Part shown: in pieces, positions 54,050-64,000 of the stretch
Layout of the letters: the number at the start of each line of letters is the position of its first letter
How positions within the stretch are numbered: position 1 is the stretch's first letter
Assembly: GCF_006345805.1 (NCBI RefSeq)
Contig: NC_043006.1
Span: forward strand, 99,510,001-99,574,000
From: Octopus sinensis
Lineage: Eukaryota
Length of the DNA: 64,000 bases
Direction of reading: 5' to 3'
The notes under the pieces: generated by a model
Databases searched by the model: none
Seen by the model: the letters and a program-made list of their open reading frames with translations, nothing else
What the model was told of the DNA's origin: nothing
Position numbers and translations under genes: made by a program

Positions 54050-56287
54050 AAAAATTGAAGTATATTGTTAACTTAACGCGATGAGATCTGCTGAAGTAAA
54101 TTGTGTAGTATTAGTGTCAGACATATTAGTAACCAGATTAAATTAAGAGCGTTTTACATGGACTTTTAACTGCTAAATAGTCCTAAGGGAGATATTGATT
54201 TAATTCATAATTCACACGCCTCTAAAACATTATGCGGAATTAATAATACACCATCGGTAAATTAATACTGTAACTAATCTCTCACCAATCGACTTTTATG
54301 CGTATAATGCCAAGGAGATTTACACTAATACTCTATAACATACTTTTGTATGTATATACGTAATGGTTTAAGTATAAGCCAAATTTATAAAGTAACATCA
54401 CATACAATAAATCCTTTAGTTTCACTTGTACTATATATTTACAGAGTTATTTCTATAAAGTTTGACAATCAATAAGTTACTAACTTACTCTTTTAAAAAT
54501 TGTTATTTGCTTAGTGAAAGATATTTGCATTATGGAATAATTGTACTATATGTCCTCTACCTTATAAGGTATAAAGTGAACAAGTCACATACCGGGCGAA
54601 TTAAGGATATAGAAGTTAAACAGCTTGTTTCGTTTTTTATAGCCTACAGACTGTAGAATGATATTTACTTGTAAATTATCAGCCTGGAGAAAATCATATA
54701 AATCATATTTTAAAAACCTATGTAAATTGTACTTACTCCTTTTTCTGGACTCTATTGCTATATATAACACCATTCTTAATACGTAAACGTAATTGTATTT
54801 ATATAACACCGAAATATGATAAAGAATATGCTGATCTCTTTTACTTCTTTTAAAACTATGAAATGTTCATTTTAATTTAATTTACTTTCTACGTGCCAAA
54901 ACTTTTGGTCGGATCCTTGTGTCCTTGTATATAAATATGGCAATCTAATATGGTCAAGACATGTGGAAGCATTATCAGTCGCGCATTTTATTTCACTTAG
55001 TTTAAAGTACAATTTTTAAGGTTTATATATTTAGTCCTTTGTATCATTGTCCCTTTCTCCTCCTTCCTATTATTTACACATGAAAGCACATTGGAATGCT
55101 AGAACGAACAGCTATTCATGGTTCATTGATGAAACATGTTTTTTATGCACAAGTCATTGATCAGAAGTTTCGGAATAAACGTTGCCGTGATTTGTTTCGG
55201 AATAAACTTTGCCGAGATTTATCTGTAATAAAGACAGATGAAACGGTGAACACACTCCTTCTATGTTGCATTTATGCTTGATACAGGAGAAAGGTTTCTT
55301 CTCCAGGACAGTCACCTGATACATTAACGACACCTCGCAGAAGTGGCTTTCAATGTATCGTGAATTTGTCTCGTTCTACATGTACCTCTATAGATTATTG
55401 ATACGCAATTTAAAGAAACGATATAAGAATCTAATATTTTATTAGATTAATTTCTCTACGCATACTATACACACCACTCACTAGATTTGGTGTGGGAAAA
55501 TAAAGAGTAATACCTTCTGAACACACCTCATATTACTGTAAATGTTTCGCATTATTTCTTCTCCCTTTTTGTACAGAGAAATTAAGTACAATCTACTCCT
55601 AGATTAATATTTAAACAATTGCTATCTACTATCTGTAGACGGTGGTCAACTGTAATCGAAAATCAAGGTTCGCGAAGGAAACTTGGAGATCCCTCTGGAA
55701 TCGATCGCTGGCTCTTAAGTTAAAACTGTTCCGCAGGAACAGAGATGTTTCCAAATTGTAAGTGTAAAATATTACACACCGACAAAAGTACTTCTCTCCA
55801 GTACCCTTGACAACGAAATTTGTGTTTTATTTCATTCTGTAGATGCATAGTTTTGTCGTAAAATGGAATTGGTTTCCTCGCCTGTAAGCAACCGATATAG
55901 ATGGGCTTCACAATTTTCCACGTGTTGATGCTCTTCGTAGCTGCTATAGTAACGGGCGGAACAACAGAAGGATACTGGTGTGTAATATCGAAACGTCAAT
56001 GGGACGTGCATATTATTCTACTGGAACAAATTGATGAAAGTGTTAGTTTAGTGTTAAAGAGGTAAGATGAACTAAATAAAATTTCCTGAATGACAGAACT
56101 GAACATCTGCTTTCTGATGGTACCAAGCGCAGCGAGAAGCAAGACTGATAAAGTGTTATACCAAGTCTTTTAGTCCATAAGTAGGATCCTTGATCAATTA
56201 GCACATATTTTCTGTCTCGTGCGCCTAGTGTTGCTGCAATGTTCATTTCTTGGTTTTAATTGTGTAGTATTTATATAGTAGTTATGT

Positions 56288-56637
56288 GAAGGTGCATGGC
56301 TCAGTGGTTAGAACGTCGAGCTTACGATCATGAGGGTGTGAGTTCGAATCCCGGACCGGGCTGCGTGTTGTGTTCTTGAGCAAGACACTTTATTCCACGT
56401 TGCTCCTGTTCATTCAGCTGTAGAAATGAGTTGCGACATCACAGGTGCCAAAATGTATCAGCCTTTGCTTTTCCCTTGGATAATACTGGCGGCGTGGAGA
56501 GGGGAGGCTGGTATGCATGGCCCACTGCTGGTCTTCGATAAACAACCTTACCCGGACTTGTGCCTGGGAGAGTAACTTTCTAGGAGCAATCCCATGGTCA
56601 GTCATGACCAAAGGGGGTCTCAGCAGCAGCAGTCAGC
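56288..56637 (+). mobile_element. tRNA-derived SINE (H2-like head plus tail C, (CAG)n end), 13-bp TSD
   Basis: atagtagttatgt at 56275-56287 and 56638-56650; boxes tggctcagtgg and gttcgaatcc. Confidence 0.92.
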
Positions 56638-57484
56638 ATAGTAGTTATGTCATTTACAATTGTATGATAAATTATTTTCTCGTCGGAATGGCTATAGTGA
56701 TACATTAAAAAAAGAAACAGCGAGAACTACTGTTGCATTTGTGTAATTCGTAACTAAATTTAGATATTCCCACTTTGAAAATCTGACAATTTTAGTGTGT
56801 CTATATTTTTCGAACAGATTAATATACCTGCCATATTTCATGTTTTTATCACCAACGGTAACTCATGTTCGAATTTTAAAGTAGTATGTTCAGCAAAACC
56901 CAATAGATTTTATGCGTATTCATTCTTAGGAATTTTGCAGGATATTTCCATCCAGGTATACACTCCATCTTATTTTAATGAAAATATCTGTTTCCAGAAG
57001 TAGACACTTGAGGTAGATATCAGTGAAGTTTTAGGAATAGCTTCCATGGAGAAAGGAACTTGTGTTTTGCTTAATGTTCGTTATCAGAATATGCTGAATG
57101 GGCTCAACCAGAAAATTATGCGTGCGCTTAATAGAAGTGTACGATTCGCATACTGTTGAGCATAAATACGCATACGAATAAATATATATATATCTGATAA
57201 ATGTACGCACATAGGCACAAGGAAGCACGTGCACGCGCGCACTGACCTACACGTATACATATGTATGCAAATGATATAACTACTATATAAATACTACAAA
57301 ATGTAAAAACAAAAAATAAACATTGCAGCATTATTAGACGCACGAGACAGAACATATTTACTAAGAAATCAAGGCTTAGATAAGGGAACTGTTCATATAT
57401 CAAAAAATGTATATAAGTCGAAACAAATTGCTGGCATTATGTGTTTTGTTAATAATTGTTTATGTTATATTATATATACATATA

Positions 57485-57714
57485 TATTTCTTTATTGCCC
57501 ACAAGGGACTAAATATAGAGGAGACAAACTAGGACAGGCAAAGGGATTAAGTCGATTACATCGACCCCAGTGCGAAACCGGTACTTTGTTTATCGACCCC
57601 GAAAGGATGAAAGGCAAAGTCGACCTCGGCGGAATTTGAACTCAGAACTTAACGACAGACGAAATACTGCTAAGCATTTCGGCCGGCGTGCTAACATTTC
57701 TGCCACCTCGCCGC
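57485..57714 (-). mobile_element. S2 SINE
   Basis: Reverse complement of the 21633-21864 family. Confidence 0.9.
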
Positions 57715-57737
57715 ATATACATATATATATATATATT

Positions 57738-57769
<32 letters not shown>

Positions 57770-58044
57770 CGTGTGTGTGTGTGTATGTGTGTAGAGAGAG
57801 AGAATAAATTAAATAGAGTCATATAATTGGCAATCCAAGACTAACCTTCTCTTTATGAAGTGTCCTTGGAATTTTCACACTGGATTGGCTTGGTTGTCCC
57901 ATTTTGTTTAACCTATAGACGCTCACATACGACTCAATTTAGACTCCTCAATCATGCAATTATCGAACCGGGAGTCTAACAGCGGTCCTTCTGTAGCACC
58001 TTCGTAGCCCTACTTGTCTTTTGGATCTTCTGGATACTAAAACT

Positions 58045-58093
<49 letters not shown>

Positions 58094-58102
58094 ATATATA
58101 TA

Positions 58103-58281
58103 TAATGAGGGAGATAAACTGAATATTGATTTAATTAATATCAATTTAAATCCAGTAGCCTCGCATATATAAAAAATCTGAAAAATCAGAAAAAAATTCA
58201 ATACATGTGTATATATAGGGATATACCACTAGGTGGATAACCAATACGCTAGAAGAAGATCACATACGATCTAACTACAAA
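58103..58281 (-). mobile_element. diverged truncated relative of the 540-bp hammerhead unit
   Basis: taatgagggagataaa...atatcaatttaaatccagtag...ctaactacaa aligns with 14450-14620 and abuts (TA)n. Confidence 0.75.
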
Positions 58282-58675
58282 AAATAAAGATGCACACACA
58301 TGCATACATATACATATATATACATATATATTATTTACGGTATAATTATAAACAGGGCAGGGCAAATATTAGCCATTACTACGCAGACTGAAGAAATGAG
58401 CAATCGTAATCGATGTTCGAACCTTATTGTGTTCTCATCAGAGGCGTCTATATCGTTATGACAGTCCCTAGAGCACTATCATCCAACCGTTTATATACTC
58501 AACAAATTCAGCAGTTACTCTATGAAGTAGTCCCTAACTAGCAAACCGAAAGTATTTAATACTCCATAAATACCAGAAGGCTGTCAATAGGGATCTTAGT
58601 CCACACAGCATCAAGGTATGATATACTACACGTGTGATATATGGTAATTTATGAATATATGTATATAAATAAATA

Positions 58676-58886
58676 CGGCTATCTGGCAGAAATGTTTGCA
58701 CGCCGGGCGAACGCTTAGCGGTATTCCGTCTGTCTTTACGTTCTGATTTCAAATTCCTCCGAGGTCAACTTTGCCTTTCATCGTTCGGGTTAGATAAATT
58801 AAGTACCAGCTGCGCACTGGGGTCGATCTAATCGACTGGCACCTCCTGAAAAAATTTGGGCCTTGTGCTTAGAGTAGAAAAGAATA
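58676..58886 (+). mobile_element. S2-type SINE with alternative tail
   Basis: ctggcagaaatgtttgcacgccgggcgaa...aagtaccagctgcgcactggggtcga, then ggccttgtgcttagagtagaaaagaat. Confidence 0.82.
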
Positions 58887-59039
58887 TTTATATATTATCG
58901 ACTCTCCCATCGAGATCAACGTATTAGAGCTCAGATTTTTGCCGAAACACCTGCAGAAATTATTTGTTCGTATTCATCAAATGCATGTGCTGTAATTAGC
59001 TCGCTTCCTCTATGAAGCCGATGTTGCCTGAACAGTTGT

Positions 59040-59190
59040 ATAATGTGCCACGTCTCAGATGTTGAGGTGATCGTACAGCAGCGTGAGATGTAGTGTTTTG
59101 CTGAAGAACTCAACGCACATCTCACTCTAAGTATTGAAACCACAATCTCGTGATCATTAGTGCAACACGCTAACCACCAGGCCATGCACG
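59040..59190 (-). mobile_element. degenerate H2-type SINE head
   Basis: Reverse complement reads gcatggcctggtggttagcgtgttgcactaatgatcacgagattgtggtttcaat. Confidence 0.6.
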
Positions 59191-59649
59191 AGGAACATAT
59201 TGATAATGGGCTTTTCATATTTCTTTCTTTGTGTATCTTTGACAGTTGTTTTTGATTTGCATTATAAGTGTGTTCATGTTTCTCTGTTACACAATTATTC
59301 TATTTGCTCGACATAAAAAAATTAAAAAGCCTTAACAAATACCATCATCAAAAGGACCCACGCAGAAACGTGGGTTAGGTACTTCAGAACGAAACTTTAC
59401 TTTAAAGAAAACAAAATATTTATTAGAAAATGTATAATGTTTTTATGGAATGTTGTACATATTATGTTAGAAAAGCATGCCTATAGGAATTCAATATAAC
59501 CGTCATCATCCTCGATTTTTGCCTTGGCCCGTCTTCTAACAAGTACTTGCGTTAATGACGTAATCTTTTCTCGTCTTCAACAAACGATTTCAGTAGCAGA
59601 CATCAATTAGTCCTTGTTATTGTGGTTATTGTTGTTGGTATCAAGGACG

Positions 59650-60560
59650 CCCCCGAAATATTACACCAAATGATTTAAATCGGGGATCTAAGAGGCCAAA
59701 TGTGAAAAGAAACTTGATCATAAAAAATGTGCAGCCATCACGCCAATGTTGTCCATGTTGCACGAGAAGGAACAGAATCTTGCTGGAACGCGTACAGCCT
59801 CTTCTGAGTAACATTCTACAATCAGAAACACTGTTGAATAAAAAGAGAGCGAAAAGCAAGATATCTTCATATCATAGACATTGATGATAAACCTCAATGA
59901 CAGAGACAATTATACAACCAGAGAGATCTGCAATCTCAATGAGAAATAGACCGATAAGGCTTCTTGTGAAAGAATACAAAAAGAAACTGTAGAAACAGCA
60001 GAAAAATATTTGTGGCAACCAGGTATCTAGAGCTAAGTTCCGGGCAATCCAAACTGTACTTTGCGTAAGCAAATTCATAGTTTTCGGAACGTCGCATTTC
60101 AATGTAAACTAAATAATGGACAACCGATAATATGATATTAAGACATATCTACGTCTTACGCAGGAACCAATATGAAGCGCCTATGTTATTACGAAGAGCT
60201 GTGCAGGAGCAATAATTGCTCAAAATCAACAAGGATTTATCTATAGAAGGTAGAACAATATATGGAACCACTAGATCGATAGTATTAAGAAGATAAATTT
60301 TGTATAAGTGTAGGTGAGCACTTGGAAAATGGATATAAAGGTAGTCATCAGACCCTATGCAGAGTCTCAATCTAATAGGCTAATGGCCACTGATGTGAAT
60401 CAGTTTCGTTGTAGTCGCAGACAAATACTGAGATTCTGCACTGGGTGTATATTGGCGAGAACTTTAGAAAATGGCATTGTAAGTAATCGAGTTCTTACAG
60501 TACAGTTTGATCTGTAGTTTCAAATGCACATACAACCTAGTGATGGTAAACTGGTGTCGG
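59650..60560 (-). pseudogene. possible very old RTE-type LINE RT remnant
   Basis: Scattered ordered fragments NYRS, FSKVLANI, ESQY, LYIHF, EDILLFA, FGL, RFKSFG. No intact motif. Confidence 0.25.
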
Positions 60561-61559
60561 GTTAGACATAACAATCCTTAAACTCAATACTTCGCCATTT
60601 TAAGATAGGGAACAATTATTCTTCGCAACATATTCAGCCTATTCTTCAAAAGATGAGATGTTTATGTGTAAAACATGTAGAATAGGAGTGATTGCGTTGT
60701 AATTTGCAGTTGTTGTCTTAGGTTGGTAAATTCCATTTCATCACACCAATTCGATCTATTATAGAAAGTATTCTAGGGGTGACAGACCACTGTATTTCCT
60801 CTGAGTAGGGAACCCAAAAGCACGTTTATCTAACTGGTCCTCATTTTGAAGGCTGATTCCAATGATACTTAGCTACTGCATGTAGTATGTCGAACCGCCC
60901 TGTATAGATTTCGTCATTTGTTGAGTCGCTATGAACGATTGGATGAGGTTGTAAGAAGTAAATCGTTTATTGTAAGAGTACACAACTTGAGACATACAGT
61001 GTGATGAGGGAATATACTTCTAAAAATATGTATCCAGATTGTTAAATATTAGACAGAAAATCACGAAATATATTTTCGTCGCTGCGAGTTATTTATCACT
61101 TATTTAAAGAACCAAATTTCCTATAAATAATTTGTGTATTTTTGAAAAGAAACGAAATGGAACCACAATAGAATAATGTCCTAAGAATTAAATAAGTGAT
61201 ATCTTTTAAAAATGCAGGTAGAAATTGCAGAAGATACATTGAAATCATCGAGAAATAAAACAACAAATATGAAGTCACTCGAAATGAGGCTCGAAACATG
61301 TGTTATGGCATGTATTATGAAACTGAATTATAGAATAAAAATATACCGTTTTTCTTATGCGCTGTTGAAATGGATTTTCAATAGTTTAAGCACATGTTTT
61401 TTATCGTTTATATTATGATATTCCTCATTGTTTAGTTATTCTTTTATTTCACACTTTGGGTAGTTGGCATCGAAATTCGAAAATGTCTCCAGTAAATGAG
61501 GAAGCAACCTAAGTTTTAAAGCAGTTATAATCTCCGAAATGTGTTGTGAAATCTTAACA

Positions 61560-61790
61560 AGATCATCATTGTCATCGTCCTCTTCTCCCTCGTCTTCCTC
61601 CCCTTCCTCATATTTCTCGTCTTCTCCGTCTTCCTCGTTGCACTTGTCGCCTGCGACGTAACCCTCATCGTCACCGTCAACGTCATCATTGTCGTCATCG
61701 TTGTTGTCGTCAACATTGTTGTCATCATCATTTTCATCATCTTCATCACGGTCATCGATATATCATCGCCATTATCAAATTCATCACCAC
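61560..61790. repeat. degenerate (TCA/TCG/TCT)n trinucleotide tract
   Basis: direct reading. Confidence 0.85.
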
Positions 61791-63815
61791 ATCATTAATA
61801 GCATGCCCGTGGTATCGACTTCCTAGCAAACAACAACAGCTTCTCTAAGCACAGTAGTGTTACCAACACAGCCATGGGTATCCTGATCAATACAATGATG
61901 CAAATCCTCATCTTCGTGACTTCATCCTCCGAATCATCCTTATCATCACCGTCATAATCAAGGTCGTCCTCGTTTCAATACAAACATAAACCATCGATGA
62001 GTGATCTCACCAATAGATTCATCAACCAACGATCTATTGTGAGCCAAAACTAAATCCTGTAAATTAATGTATGTCATTTACTAAAGATACATCAAAATCT
62101 GTATCTTTACGTTACGACCGAGAAGACGCGGCTGGAATAATTTACTAAGATTATATATCTGCTATATACAGGATATTATTGGACTAAATATGCACAAATT
62201 ACAATTGACTGTTTCGAGACTCGAGGAGATAGAAAAAAGTAGTCGAATAAGCCTTGAATTAATTTCTGTCGTTTTAAAGATTTTGTGTAATATAACTCCA
62301 GGGACATTACATGGACTTAACATCAAAAAGGAGTTCCTCGCTTTTAGTTAAAAATCTCATCAGTATTTAATTAAGCAAAATGGATAAGCAATGAGCAGTA
62401 GCGCACACACAAACACACACACAAACACACACACACACATAGTAAAATACACACACATAGATAAAGAGATACGCAGAGAGTCAGACAGACACGTAGTTAG
62501 ATACATAGATGTATACATAGATATTTATAAAGGCATGTATATATAAATATTAAAGAGTATAATGTTAAGCGCTCATTATTGAGCCATGCGTAAGGAATGC
62601 TAGGTTTATACCTTCGCTAAAAGGTGTTATGGTTAATATTTACTGTATAAAAGGCAGGAACTGGTAGCACGACTTAAACATTTGTTTGACAAAGCTTTAG
62701 ATCATCCCCTTGCTGACTATTCTTGTAAGCAAATGGATATGATAACACCCGATCACATACCTTGCCAAATAGCCTAGATAATGCATTTTTAGATTAAGTG
62801 ATATTTGTTAACTTTCTTAACTGCCTGAAGTTTTCCTTGTGCTTCCACTGCATTTAATATGGTGATACGATGTCCATTTTTAAAAATATTCCTAGATGAA
62901 TTCTCTTACTTTTCCATTTTTATTTTCATTTCATCTTATTATTTCTTGCTTTGGTTTTGCTTTGATTTTATTTAATTATGCTTTCGTTTCATGCCTTCAC
63001 TCATAACTTGAATAATTTAATCCAGCACCCTATTTCAGAATCATGTCTAAGCCTTACAATATTAGTTGTGCCAATGGAAGGTAGTCCTATAATTTGGATT
63101 TGTGTACTTTTATGTAAGTACTCTTAACCTTACTCTTACACTAACTGCTATAGTTTATTTATTTAATAATGGGACCCGTGAATGTTTCGCGGAAATAATG
63201 GTAAACTTATTGGGTCATTTCACAAAGCCTTATCCAAAACACCTCAATGCGTAGCGTATGTTCTTTCTCTACCAAGAGATAGTTGCTCACCTGTTAATCA
63301 TGGAAAATTGAAGGTAATTGGAATACGATGATTACTTAATGCACTGTATATATACAAATTATATACTTTATCCATAGTTTTATTGATTTAACACGCAACA
63401 CTCTCCTTCTTTCTCTCGCACTTTTCGCTTTACCCTCCATTTTCTCTTTCGTTTTTCGCTCTTCGCCTTTCCCTTCAACTAATCACGTGACAGCATTAGA
63501 GATAGGCTAAGTAAACGAGAGAAAAAAATTACACATTTCACTCATCACCAACTCTCCCTGTCTCCCCCTATCACACCCCTTCCCATCTACGAATTCCATG
63601 CATAAACATCTGAAATGTATGATATTCTCTTCCATGATGACAGAGGCTCGTCTCTATGTTAGATGCATCCATACGGTCCCATTTTGTGATGGACTAAATC
63701 TAACAACGTTACTATGGATCGCCGAGTCCCCAAAACCAGCTGTGGGCCTTATAATGTATTTCTTTCCACTCCTTTAATTTTCTCTGCCGTTTGTACTCTT
63801 TGTGACTTGGACCTA

Positions 63816-63854
<39 letters not shown>

Positions 63855-63856
<2 letters not shown>

Positions 63857-64000
63857 CGCAGGAGTGGCTGTGTGGTAAGTAGCTTGCTTACCAACCACAT
63901 GGTTCCGGGTTCAGTCCCACTGCGTGGCACCTTATGCAAGTTTCTTCTACTATAGCCTCGGGCAAACCAAAGCCTTGTGAGTGGATTTGGTAGACGGAAA
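63855..64000 (+). mobile_element. S3 SINE, cut by the window end
   Basis: Near-identical to 37124-37270. Confidence 0.9.

Noticed and set aside
55620-56250. Slightly GC-richer stretch, possible exon or LTR-pol remnant
   Set aside because: No sustained reading frame or convincing motif on either strand.
58400-58446. Minus-strand CTGATGA-gaac..gttc-GAAC hammerhead-like motif
   Set aside because: GAAA is broken and no stem I can be formed.
61525-61790. Acidic or Thr/Met-rich ORF on the minus strand
   Set aside because: Degenerate trinucleotide repeat with no flanking coding context.

Overview
AT-rich, microsatellite-dense eukaryotic DNA with no recognisable host exon. The SINE families and repeat landscape look like an octopus (cephalopod) intron or intergenic region; this is an inference. 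Nearly all ORF-track entries are microsatellite or antisense artefacts. The real coding remnants are all mobile: a ~4.7 kb Tx1/L1-type LINE (minus, endonuclease apparently deleted) sitting in a (GATA)n tract that splits a Chapaev3-like transposase, a 5'-truncated RTE LINE with a nested SINE, a CR1-type fragment, a DD37D (maT) mariner remnant, a Penelope GIY-YIG remnant, a non-autonomous Helitron, several MITEs (two carrying telomeric repeats) and many tRNA-derived SINEs. The most striking feature is at 14443-15865: a non-coding 540-bp unit repeated head-to-tail plus an inverted junction-spanning copy, bounded by a target-site duplication. Each unit carries a complete type I hammerhead ribozyme fold, which makes it a candidate retrozyme/circular-RNA retroelement. 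Also notable: the Tx1 3' end matches the 3' tail of an abundant SINE, and 42596-43265 has been copied recently, inverted, into an old TIR element. All alignments and folds were done by eye.
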